DNA of 64,000 nt from IMGVR_UViG_3300031857_000010:152700-216699; one strand, 5' to 3'. Positions 1-7,863 are shown, numbered from the stretch's first letter. Numbers and translations are program-made. Notes: generated from the letters alone by a model not told the origin.

Positions 1-28
1 TGTAAATAAAATCATAAATGAAAATGAT

Positions 29-271
29 ATGTTTGTTCGTCCAAAGCGTTTAGATATTTATTCTTTACTTGAGGATCATCTTAAGAATAAAGGTGGAGAA
101 TTTGCAATTGTATATCAAATCCTTACTACAAGTGACGGTTGGAAAGAGTATAGGAATTTGACTGAAGAACAATATCAAGAAATATTAAACGAGTTAAGGG
201 AAGATCATCGAAAAAATCATGATGTTGATATTGTAAGAAAAGAGGGATCCGAGATTGTTTTAGGTTTTTAA
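29..271 (+). CDS. hypothetical protein
   Basis: 80-aa ORF with phage-like composition, convergent with the tRNA array. Confidence 0.6.
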   Translation: MFVRPKRLDIYSLLEDHLKNKGGEFAIVYQILTTSDGWKEYRNLTEEQYQEILNELREDHRKNHDVDIVRKEGSEIVLGF

Positions 272-344
272 TTACCCTATAACTTTTTTTATATCATTTT
301 AGTCAGGTTGAAGCTGACTACTTAACTATAAAACATAGTTTTTG

Positions 345-421
345 TACTCCCAAAGGGAATCGAACCCTTATGTGACCAATTACCCTTTCTACTGTGTATA
401 AGACAGAGGGGATATGGGAGC
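345..421 (-). tRNA. atypical tRNA-like gene, anticodon UAU (Ile), D-loop-like motif displaced 3' of anticodon arm
   Basis: Minus strand: acceptor GCTCCCA/TGGGAGT, stem CTGT-CTTATAC-ACAG, TAATTGGTCA, T-arm AAGGG-TTCGATT-CCCTT; no D-arm at the canonical position. Confidence 0.7.
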
Positions 422-1075
422 AATTATGTTTTCAATTAATTTATCATCAAAATTTTTACCTCTTATAAAAATCAAATTTATTTTATTTTGAGATGTGACT
501 AAGTTCAATTTTATTTTATCTTCATCGCTAAAATATCCTTTAATTTCTAAATATCTGTTAAAATCCGGTAAATAAAAATCAGGAGTATAAGTCTTTTTAA
601 CCCCGTTATTATCAACATAAGAAATATATATTTTTCTTTTCCAAATTATTTTATTCTCATTTAAAATATTTGCTACTTTCAATTCCCACGTACCCCTAAC
701 AATAAATTTTTCATTATTTATATTGCTAACTTTATACCATTTTATATTTTTAAATCCACCTACACCTAATTCTTCCAAGTTTTTAGACCTAGCCAAAGAA
801 AGTTTTTCTTTTTGTTCATTGGAAATTTTTTTACCCTTATGCTTTAATCCTATTTTTTTCTTAATTTCATCAGTTAAAATATAATCGACTCCTTTTTTTC
901 TTGTTTTATCCCATTGGTTTACTGGTTTTTTTATTATTCCATCTTTTACTTTTTGATTATAAATTTCAAAATTACTTTTACGAATTACTCTATTTGGGTT
1001 TAATTTACATGTTTTTTGGTGTGAAATTAAAGAACCTTTATTCGTTATTTCTCTATCACAAAAAATACAATTCAT
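389..1075 (-). CDS. putative free-standing homing endonuclease (NUMOD3-like motif + PD-(D/E)XK domain)
   Basis: HKGKKISNEQKEKLS NUMOD3-like motif; RGTWE...YTPDFYLP...YLEIKGY nuclease motif; sits inside tRNA array with 3' end overlapping a tRNA-like gene. Confidence 0.75.
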   Translation of the reverse strand: MNCIFCDREITNKGSLISHQKTCKLNPNRVIRKSNFEIYNQKVKDGIIKKPVNQWDKTRKKGVDYILTDEIKKKIGLKHKGKKISNEQKEKLSLARSKNLEELGVGGFKNIKWYKVSNINNEKFIVRGTWELKVANILNENKIIWKRKIYISYVDNNGVKKTYTPDFYLPDFNRYLEIKGYFSDEDKIKLNLVTSQNKINLIFIRGKNFDDKLIENIIAPISPLSYTQ

Positions 1076-1111
1076 CTTTTTTAATTATAAATATTTTATA
1101 TAATTAAATTT

Positions 1112-1193
1112 TGAGCCGATGGAGGGACTCGAACCCCCGGTGTTTGTGTTCCAGTTTACAAAACTGGTGCTGTCGCCACTGAGCCACATCGGC
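1112..1193 (-). tRNA. tRNA-Thr(UGU)
   Basis: Acceptor GCCGATG/CATCGGC, anticodon arm CCAGT-TTTGTAA-ACTGG, GTTCGAGTC T-loop. Confidence 0.9.
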
Positions 1194-1202
1194 AATAATA
1201 AG

Positions 1203-1274
1203 TTCATCCAGAGGAAGTCGAATTCCCATCTTCTGGTTCGTAGCCAGATATTCTCTCCGTTAAACTACAGGTGA
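1203..1274 (-). tRNA. tRNA-Arg(ACG), degenerate acceptor and T stems
   Basis: Anticodon arm TCTGG-CTACGAA-CCAGA; mismatches in acceptor and T stems. Confidence 0.7.
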
Positions 1275-1280
1275 ATTTTT

Positions 1281-1355
1281 GTACCCCCAGTGGAAGTCGA
1301 ATCCACAAACACCAGATCCTAAGTCTAGCCGCTTTGCCAGTTTGCGTACAGGGGC
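1281..1355 (-). tRNA. tRNA-Leu(UAG), short variable region
   Basis: GCCCCTG/TGGGGGT acceptor; CTAGA-CTTAGGA-TCTGG anticodon arm; only ~5 nt variable loop. Confidence 0.85.
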
Positions 1356-1361
1356 ATTTTA

Positions 1362-1435
1362 TGGAGGTAGGAGATGGGATCAAACCATCGTAGAAGGTTT
1401 TGCAGACCTCCACCTAGTCACTCGGTCATCCTACC
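1362..1435 (-). tRNA. tRNA-Cys(GCA)
   Basis: GGTAGGA/TCCTACC acceptor, U73, encoded CCA; GAGGT-CTGCAAA-ACCTT. Confidence 0.9.
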
Positions 1436-1446
1436 TTACATTATTG

Positions 1447-1523
1447 TTGGGATGGAGGGGATCGAACCCACATGTCACCAATTACTCTTTCAACACGTTA
1501 TCAGCGTGAGGAGATACAACCCA
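1447..1523 (-). tRNA. atypical tRNA-like gene, anticodon GAU (Ile), same rewired layout as 345-421
   Basis: TGGGTTG/CATCCCA acceptor, CACG-CTGATAA-CGTG, TAATTGGTGA, GTGGG-TTCGATC-CCCTC. Confidence 0.7.
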
Positions 1524-1582
1524 ATAAAGAAATATTTTGCGTAAAGTATCAGAAATTAATACTTTCTGCAAAAAATTTATTT

Positions 1583-1657
1583 TGATGTCCCAGCTGGAAT
1601 CGAACCAACATCATCAGAGTCAAATTCTGATATAATTAACCGTTATACTATAGGACA
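1583..1657 (-). tRNA. tRNA-Gln(UUG)
   Basis: TGTCCTA/TGGGACA acceptor; TCAGA-ATTTGAC-TCTGA. Confidence 0.88.
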
Positions 1658-1671
1658 ATATAATATTAGAG

Positions 1672-1741
1672 TGGGATAGGAAGTAATCGAAACTTCGCAC
1701 CTATGATTTACAGTCATTGTGAACTCCCCGGTCTCTATCCC
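1672..1741 (-). tRNA. atypical tRNA-Tyr(GUA) with reduced D-arm and no long variable arm
   Basis: GGGATAG/CTATCCC acceptor; ATGA-CTGTAAA-TCAT; GAAGT-TTCGATT-ACTTC. Confidence 0.65.
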
Positions 1742-1750
1742 AGATATTTG

Positions 1751-1825
1751 TACTCCCGACGGGACTCGAACCCGCAATGACCACCTTGAAAGGGTGGTGA
1801 CTTAAACCAATTTGTCCACAGGAGC
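1751..1825 (-). tRNA. tRNA-Glu(UUC)
   Basis: CCACC-CTTTCAA-GGTGG anticodon arm, canonical cloverleaf. Confidence 0.92.
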
Positions 1826-1831
1826 ATTAAG

Positions 1832-1912
1832 AGCGAGTAGAGAGAATCGAACTCTCATCTCTGGTTTGGAAGACCAGCATAATTTACTTTCGTTCCACTA
1901 TACGATACTCGC
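1832..1912 (-). tRNA. tRNA-Gly(UCC), enlarged D-loop
   Basis: GCGAGTA/TACTCGC acceptor; CTGGT-CTTCCAA-ACCAG; extra AC-GAAA-GT in D-loop. Confidence 0.88.
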
Positions 1913-1924
1913 AATTGTGCCAAC

Positions 1925-1936
1925 ATGTCAAAGAAC
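1925..1936 (-). promoter_or_regulatory. boxA-like antitermination motif
   Basis: GTTCTTTGACAT on minus strand in an inter-tRNA spacer; resembles rrn boxA (TGCTCTTTAACA type). Confidence 0.5.
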
Positions 1937-1964
1937 AACAACAGATACTCATGTTGTTTTATTG

Positions 1965-2039
1965 TTGCGGGAATGGGAATCGAACCCATGTGATTCAGCT
2001 TATGAGACTGAGCTGGAACCATCTCCAGTCCATCCCGCA
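1965..2039 (-). tRNA. tRNA-Met(CAU), initiator-like acceptor
   Basis: TGCGGGA/TCCCGCA acceptor; TCAGT-CTCATAA-GCTGA; lacks the 3 G-C anticodon-stem pairs of typical fMet. Confidence 0.85.
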
Positions 2040-2048
2040 ATTTTTAGG

Positions 2049-2121
2049 AGGAGCTACCGAGCTTTGAACTCGGGACTTAACATTGCAAATGTTATGTGTT
2101 CGCCATCTATACCATAGCCCC
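2049..2121 (-). tRNA. tRNA-Ala(UGC)
   Basis: GGGGCTA/TAGCTCC with G3:U70; TAACA-TTTGCAA-TGTTA. Confidence 0.9.
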
Positions 2122-2125
2122 ATTG

Positions 2126-2201
2126 TCTGGTAAGCCGGACTCGAACCGACATCAGCTCCTACTTCCAAGGTAGGCGAGGCAACCAATTCCTCCATTACCA
2201 G
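2126..2201 (-). tRNA. tRNA-Pro(UGG)
   Basis: CTGGTAA/TTACCAG; CCTAC-CTTGGAA-GTAGG. Confidence 0.9.
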
Positions 2202-2206
2202 TTTAG

Positions 2207-2279
2207 CGGTCTATGAGAGAATCGAACTCTCACCACCCGATAGACAGTCGGGTATCCTTAGCCGTTGGACCAATAGACC
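2207..2279 (-). tRNA. tRNA-Asp(GUC)
   Basis: GGTCTAT/ATAGACC, G73; CCCGA-CTGTCTA-TCGGG. Confidence 0.92.
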
Positions 2280-2291
2280 TTTTTTACTTTG

Positions 2292-2366
2292 TGTACCCGG
2301 AGAGATTCGAACTCTCGACTCCTGCATTAAAAGTGCAGTACTCTAATCCAGCTGAGTTACGGATAC
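2292..2366 (-). tRNA. tRNA-Lys(UUU)
   Basis: CTGCA-CTTTTAA-TGCAG; canonical D and T arms. Confidence 0.92.
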
Positions 2367-2506
2367 ATTTTGAATGCACCCGTAGGCACATTCAGTTATT
2401 TACGTTTTCGTTTTAATTTATTTTTTGTTTTCATTTCATTTCCAGTTTTCTGGGGACTGAGCCCAGCAGGTATTTGACTCAGCCCCCAACATCATCATTT
2501 TTTTTG

Positions 2507-2579
2507 CGGGGAATGTGGGCAACGATCCCACACCCTTCTGCTTAACAGGCAGTTGCTCTTCCACTTGAGCTTCTTCCCC
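2507..2579 (-). tRNA. tRNA-Asn(GUU)
   Basis: CTGC-CTGTTAA-GCAG, G73; non-canonical T-loop ATCGTTG. Confidence 0.82.
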
Positions 2580-2585
2580 CCTTTG

Positions 2586-2658
2586 TGGAACCGGAGGCTT
2601 TCGAGTCCTCGACCTTTGGATTTTCAGTCCAACGCTCTTCCATCTGAGCTACGGTTCC
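2586..2658 (-). tRNA. tRNA-Phe(GAA), first gene of the array
   Basis: GGAACCG/CGGTTCC; TTGGA-CTGAAAA-TCCAA. Confidence 0.9.
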
Positions 2659-2697
2659 AAAACAAAAAACCCCTGAACTTTTTGGGTTCAGGGGCTT
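2659..2697 (-). terminator. intrinsic terminator (attenuator) immediately upstream of first tRNA
   Basis: Minus strand CCCCTGAAC-CCAAAAA-GTTCAGGGG followed by TTTTTTGTTTT. Confidence 0.88.
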
Positions 2698-2723
2698 CCT
2701 TTATTTTTTTGGTTTTGTGTTTT

Positions 2724-2903
2724 TTACATCACCTTATTTTTAAAGTTATTTGTTCCCCTGAACCCGGTTGGTTTCTCGCTTTGTGTATTATACCCAAAAT
2801 CAAATGAACGAGAATCCACTACGGGTAGACATATTGACGCAATAGGCGTACTTATGGCTGCCTGCCAGTTATTCTTGTTAATATGATTATGAAGCGTGTT
2901 CAT
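2724..2903 (-). CDS. putative attenuator leader peptide, 59 aa (MNTLHNHINKNNWQAAISTPIASICLPVVDSRSFDFGYNTQSEKPTGFRGTNNFKNKVM)
   Basis: Translated by hand, ATG 2903 to TAA 2724; below ORF-track cutoff; A-rich initiation region; all 20 amino acids present. Confidence 0.75.
   Translation of the reverse strand: MNTLHNHINKNNWQAAISTPIASICLPVVDSRSFDFGYNTQSEKPTGFRGTNNFKNKVM
2755..2765 (-). promoter_or_regulatory. antiterminator segment inside leader ORF
   Basis: GGGTTCAGGGG is the perfect 11-nt complement of the terminator 5' arm CCCCTGAACCC (2694-2684). Confidence 0.8.
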
Positions 2904-2973
2904 TTTTGAAGACTTTATAACTTTTTTTATTCTTGTTTATTAAATAGTAAGAAATTTTATTTTTTCTTGAATG

Positions 2974-3004
2974 CAAATTTAGTCATTATTTATTTAAAAA
3001 CAAA
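2974..3004 (-). promoter_or_regulatory. Bacteroidota sigma-A type promoter for leader/tRNA operon
   Basis: TTTG-N19-TAAATTTG on minus strand matches -33/-7 consensus. Confidence 0.7.
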
Positions 3005-3061
3005 TTTCTATATTAATAAATTCATAAGTAATTGAAAATCAATTTAAAAAATTATATATAA

Positions 3062-3511
3062 TTAGAAAAATTGATTATTACTTTTTGCCAAAAATATATT
3101 AGAGTATTTTTTTTGGCCTGTAATTTCTTCTCCGCAGTAATCAGGAATATCATTTAAAAATTCATCAAACTCTATTTCAACAATACTTAGACCAGAAGGA
3201 TAAATGTCAATATCCACTTTATGATTATTAAAGACAGTAACAAAACGATTTTTTTCGAGTTTGAATTCTGAAAGATCATATAATTTAAACCCTTCTTCTT
3301 TTGGTATTAAGTATTCGAATTCATATTTAGAATAATTATTAATTTTCTGTTTATAACAAATGTGGCAATAAAAATTATTAGTAATTCTAATTCTTAATTG
3401 TTTCTTCTTATCAAGAATTAAATATCCCTGCTTGATCAATTTTGGTTCATTAAAATATGAGCCTAGATCCGGCATATATTTTAAAAGAAATTTTCTTTCT
3501 TTTTCAATCAT
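3062..3511 (-). CDS. CYTH (triphosphate tunnel) domain protein
   Basis: N-terminal EKERKFL (ExExK), IKQGYL, LRIR, EFEY, K-R, VEIEF motifs. Confidence 0.85.
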   Translation of the reverse strand: MIEKERKFLLKYMPDLGSYFNEPKLIKQGYLILDKKKQLRIRITNNFYCHICYKQKINNYSKYEFEYLIPKEEGFKLYDLSEFKLEKNRFVTVFNNHKVDIDIYPSGLSIVEIEFDEFLNDIPDYCGEEITGQKKYSNIFLAKSNNQFF

Positions 3512-3756
3512 GTTAAATAATCAAACTTTTCTCCTAAGGAATTAAATTTTTCGTGTATCTCTAAATTTTTATCAATATTTGAAATCAGGAATTTGAGAGT
3601 AAAATTTTTCCCTGTTTCTTTACTTTCAAAATATAATTCTTCATGTAGAAGTGGTATCTGTCCTTGGTATTTTCTAAGAACAATTATATCACCTTTTTTT
3701 AAATTATCATTGTGTTTTTTTACAATGAATGATTTGATTAATTTAATGTTGTCCAT
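3508..3756 (-). CDS. hypothetical protein
   Basis: ORF coupled to CYTH gene (ATGA overlap), TAnnTTTG at 3789-3796 upstream. Confidence 0.6.
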   Translation of the reverse strand: MDNIKLIKSFIVKKHNDNLKKGDIIVLRKYQGQIPLLHEELYFESKETGKNFTLKFLISNIDKNLEIHEKFNSLGEKFDYLT

Positions 3757-3815
3757 TTTAATTAATTTTATTTATTGATTGTTTATGACAAATCTATAAA
3801 AAAAAATAATAACTA

Positions 3816-4073
3816 TCAATCAAAAAATCTTTTATAAAGTATATATGGTAAGACTAAAGGCCAAAAAATACATGCAAACATGCTCAATAATAAATAAACT
3901 AATTGTAAATTATCAGTGTTGAAATTACCTAAAACTTCGTGAAGTTCATCGATTGAATTTTTGGTTCCATCATCTAATTTATTATAAACACTCTCTTCGA
4001 AAACTAGAAATGCTAAAATTCCCCACCATATTATCATTAAAATCAGACCAATTAAATATATATAATATAGCAT
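3816..4073 (-). CDS. hypothetical membrane protein
   Basis: Two hydrophobic segments. Confidence 0.65.
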   Translation of the reverse strand: MLYYIYLIGLILMIIWWGILAFLVFEESVYNKLDDGTKNSIDELHEVLGNFNTDNLQLVYLLLSMFACIFWPLVLPYILYKRFFD

Positions 4074-4076
4074 AAT

Positions 4077-4466
4077 TTATAGATTAAAAACAAAAGTAGG
4101 AGTGCCATTTATTTCTACAAGTGAAATATAAATTATACCTCCATTACCTGTATAATATTTCCATTTAGTATCATCAATAACAACATATTGTTTATTGAAT
4201 ATTTCTACCATATAATTTAGGGTGCCACTATTTAGTGGAGTTGCAGAGCATAAATTACATACACCCTTTGAATCGAAGAAATACATTGAAATGATTCTTT
4301 CGTCTTTAAAATAAATGTATTTTGCTCCTTGTTCAGTTTTTCCAGTGTAGAAATATTCTTTTGAAAAATCTTTTCTTATTTCGTACTCCGTGTAACCTAA
4401 TCTAGATTGACTAAAACCACATAAAGAAAATAAGATAAATAATAGAGATAATATTGTTTTTTTCAT
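4077..4466 (-). CDS. hypothetical exported protein
   Basis: Bacteroidota-style signal peptide MKKTILSLLFILFSLCGFSQ. Confidence 0.7.
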   Translation of the reverse strand: MKKTILSLLFILFSLCGFSQSRLGYTEYEIRKDFSKEYFYTGKTEQGAKYIYFKDERIISMYFFDSKGVCNLCSATPLNSGTLNYMVEIFNKQYVVIDDTKWKYYTGNGGIIYISLVEINGTPTFVFNL

Positions 4467-4509
4467 TCTATTAAATTAGAAAAATAAAATGAAAAAGAAA
4501 AGTATAATT

Positions 4510-4824
4510 TTATTTATCGTCTATCAATTCGGCATTGAAAATGAAATTTTCTACATATAATTCCATAGTATCGCATCCTCTGGAATAAACAATGTTACCA
4601 TCATCTTTTATGTCAATGACTTTTACATAATATTCTACAGAAACTTCTGGCTCAGGATGATTATTATCAAACGGAATAACGTTTTGTCTAATGATCCACG
4701 TTTGTCCAATATGAACCGGAAAGGGTTTTCTAGAAGAATTAAATGAATAGATTAAAATTACAAGTAAAATGAAACCTATTATTATAAAATATTTTTTTCT
4801 TTTTGAATCTTTGATGTTGATCAT
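4510..4824 (-). CDS. hypothetical membrane-anchored protein, paralog of 41463-41768
   Basis: N-terminal TM; shared YY.KVIDIKDD...DTM motif. Confidence 0.65.
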   Translation of the reverse strand: MINIKDSKRKKYFIIIGFILLVILIYSFNSSRKPFPVHIGQTWIIRQNVIPFDNNHPEPEVSVEYYVKVIDIKDDGNIVYSRGCDTMELYVENFIFNAELIDDK

Positions 4825-5082
4825 GATTTCAAAGAATTAATAAATTCAAGAACAAATTTTTCTTTTTCATACGAAGTTGTGAGATCCCTACTTAAATTTA
4901 TCAAAAGAGATTGAATTTTATCTGCGTCACTTTTTACGTCAAGTTTTTCAATATCCTCTATTGTGTTTTTTCTCTTTTCATTTCGAGAAACCTCTTCTTC
5001 TTGAACAAGTTTTGCTAAGCACTCATTCATGTGTTCATAGGATGAAGCACCTATCAATCTATAAAAATATTTCATATGTAAA

Positions 5083-5427
5083 TTATTTAAGTGTATATAC
5101 AGTTTGAATTTCTTTTTTCATTAGTCCTTTTTCAACCCAATATTCTGCCCAATAAGATTCCGGACTTTCGAAAGGAGTTCTGTTTTTGTAGTTCACATAC
5201 CACTCAAAAGCAATTAATGATAGATCGTGAAAACTCTCTATTTCATCAACTGTTTCATATCTTGTTTCACAAATTATTTTCCCTTTGCTGATATATAATG
5301 TGGCAATACCAGATTTAGAGAAACCGCTAACTTCATAACAAATCTTACCTGAACTATCTTTTGTTATAGAAACAGGAATGTTGTGTTTGACACAATCTTC
5401 AATGATTTGATCGATTATTTTTTTCAT
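5083..5427 (-). CDS. hypothetical protein
   Basis: ORF preceded by TGTAAC-N16-CGTT promoter (5451-5476). Confidence 0.7.
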   Translation of the reverse strand: MKKIIDQIIEDCVKHNIPVSITKDSSGKICYEVSGFSKSGIATLYISKGKIICETRYETVDEIESFHDLSLIAFEWYVNYKNRTPFESPESYWAEYWVEKGLMKKEIQTVYTLK

Positions 5428-5906
5428 GATTGCTAAATTTCAGCAATTATAACGAAAAAAAATAATAAAAGTTACAATTTTAAATTTAAAAATTAATTAA
5501 CGGGGGTTTCTATCAAATCTTTTACAAAGTGATTCCACTTATCCTCAGCGAATTGCTGAGCAGAATCTATGGACAAAAAAGTACCCAAATTTTTAGAATT
5601 TGTTGAATTATTGAAGGTTTCATTTCTGAATGCCCAACTTTGTAGGATCCATTGACCTGAATTTTTTCCAACAGGTTTTATTGTAAAAACTTCTTGACCC
5701 TCAAAAACTCCTTGTATCTCAGTAGGAAATTCGGAGTGGTTTTTCCAAAGTATGTTTTTTATTTTATACATTTTTTTATATTATTTTAGACACTAAGTAC
5801 ACTATTAATTTATTCAATAAAGAAAAAAAAGTTGCCATTAAACTAAATGCTATAAAAAGCATTAGCGTAAAATTGAAACAATAATTAAATTTTTCTTTAA
5901 TCTTAT

Positions 5907-6635
5907 TCATTTTCTAAACCACCAAATTTTACCATCATTAAGTGCATCACCCCAATTAATCATATCATTATCGTAATACTCTTTAGTGTTTTCTTGGAAC
6001 AATTCATAATCAGCTTCATATTCTTCTTGATCTAACTCATCCTCAAATTCTTCAAAACTTTTCTCTTCATGATTCGAGTTGAAAAAATCATATCTCTTCC
6101 ACCATAATTCTTTGCTAATAGATGAATAATCCGGTTCAATTTTGATTTCACCAACTTCATAGCCTCTATGTACAAAAGCAGGTAAGCCACAAAAAAATAT
6201 TTTTCTCCCATCATCTTTTTCCGGTTCAAGTAGATTGTATGGATGAGATATTATTTCACCAACTAATGTTTGAACACGAGCCATTGCGTACATAAGATCT
6301 GATGTGTGAAATTTATATACATCCCTTCCATTTGCTTTTAAATTACAAACACCAGAATCCCTTATATCAGCTTCATCCCACTTATATTTAATTCTATTCG
6401 TTTGTTTGTAATTTATTTCCCAGCAAATCCTATGAACACCCCTATCAATATATGGTATAAGATTAGGATTTTCATCCATTTCATTGAGAAATTTTATTGA
6501 ACTGGTATCTTCTTCATAATGCAACCACCAATTTGCAGGACATCCATTGTTAATACCTAAACTGTGTTCCTTACCTTCTATACTATAGACAGTATATGGT
6601 TTATCGTTGATTAAAATATCAAATACCTTTCTCAT
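5907..6635 (-). CDS. hypothetical protein
   Basis: 242-aa ORF in gene run. Confidence 0.7.
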   Translation of the reverse strand: MRKVFDILINDKPYTVYSIEGKEHSLGINNGCPANWWLHYEEDTSSIKFLNEMDENPNLIPYIDRGVHRICWEINYKQTNRIKYKWDEADIRDSGVCNLKANGRDVYKFHTSDLMYAMARVQTLVGEIISHPYNLLEPEKDDGRKIFFCGLPAFVHRGYEVGEIKIEPDYSSISKELWWKRYDFFNSNHEEKSFEEFEDELDQEEYEADYELFQENTKEYYDNDMINWGDALNDGKIWWFRK

Positions 6636-6916
6636 TTTTAAATAATCGATAATACAGTATTCTCAACAGGAAAAAAAACTTGTTTAATTTTTAATTTATG
6701 ATGTTCATCAATATCGAAAACATATCTATTTTCAACAATTGAAAACATTTTAACTTTAAAAGTAACTCTATCGATTATTGTAGTCAAATTGTCTCGATAA
6801 TGAAGTTCTTTTTTTTCTCTATCAAATGTTATAAATTCCATAAATTAAATATTTATTACTATTCTCTATAAATTTAATAAATTAAAATTATATTTACAAA
6901 CATATTAAGAATAAAA

Positions 6917-7537
6917 ATGAAAGAAGAGGAACTGCTTTTTGAATTAAATAAATTAGAGAATTTCACAAAAAAAATAAATTTTTTGAATGATCATTTGAAA
7001 AGATTGTCTTATGGATCAGCTAGGATTGTATATATTCTAGATAATTCAAGAGTTTTAAAACTAGCAAAAAATAAAAAAGGTTTGGTCCAAAATAGAAAAG
7101 AATATGATTTATACGATAATGGTAACGAAATTCTAGCTAAAATACTAAGGAGTGATGAAAAATATTTTTGGATTATAGTGGAAAAAGCTGATGTAATAAA
7201 TGAATCTGAATTTGAAAAAATAACTGGATTGAATTACGAATGTTATTGTGATTATTTGACTTACATTAGGAGAAAAATTGATCCAAGAAAATATATGAAC
7301 TTAGGTAATAAATTAGATGAAATAATTATTACTCAGATGATAAATCATACTTTTGTGAGTAAGCTCGTTGATTTTATTAAAGTCAGTGATATTGATATAA
7401 AAGACTTATACAAAGTAAGTTCATATGGTTTAACATATAGAGAAAATGAAGAAAAAATAGTATTAATAGATTATGGAATTACTAATGAAATATATTTTAA
7501 ATACTATAAAAACTATGAAAAAAGATTATTAAGATGA
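6917..7537 (+). CDS. protein-kinase-like fold protein
   Basis: GSARIVY Gly-loop, VLK Lys, helix-C Glu (NRKE), catalytic-loop DL..SSYG, IDYG (DFG-like). Confidence 0.7.
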   Translation: MKEEELLFELNKLENFTKKINFLNDHLKRLSYGSARIVYILDNSRVLKLAKNKKGLVQNRKEYDLYDNGNEILAKILRSDEKYFWIIVEKADVINESEFEKITGLNYECYCDYLTYIRRKIDPRKYMNLGNKLDEIIITQMINHTFVSKLVDFIKVSDIDIKDLYKVSSYGLTYRENEEKIVLIDYGITNEIYFKYYKNYEKRLLR

Positions 7538-7863
7538 TTTAATTTTTCATCTAAAATTCTTTTTATTATATCTCCGTGACAACTTTTTGGTTTGCAAAAA
7601 CAAACTAGATTTATATCTTGTTTAAGTGCTAAATAAAAAATTCTATTTAATTCTTTGCAAATTTCTTGATCTTTATTTTCTATTTTAGAAATTATATATT
7701 TTTCATAAGAAAATATGGATTCTTCTCTTGAAGAACAATGGAATTCTGCTTTTGTTTTATCTATTTCCAAATGAGTAAACGGATTTCCTAAAACAGACCC
7801 TCTACCGATATATATATCGTTTTTTTCTGGTTTTGATTTGCGTTTGTTTTTTACTCTAATCAT
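7513..7863 (-). CDS. DUF4326-like protein
   Basis: IYIGRGS.LGNPF and LVCFCKPKSCHGD motifs. Confidence 0.85.
   Translation of the reverse strand: MIRVKNKRKSKPEKNDIYIGRGSVLGNPFTHLEIDKTKAEFHCSSREESIFSYEKYIISKIENKDQEICKELNRIFYLALKQDINLVCFCKPKSCHGDIIKRILDEKLNHLNNLFS

Noticed and set aside
901-2807. ORF-track ORFs across the tRNA array (901, 1204, 1279, 1812, 1855, 1995, 2213, 2553)
   Set aside because: They overlap tRNA genes or lie antisense to real genes; chance frames in GC-richer RNA genes.
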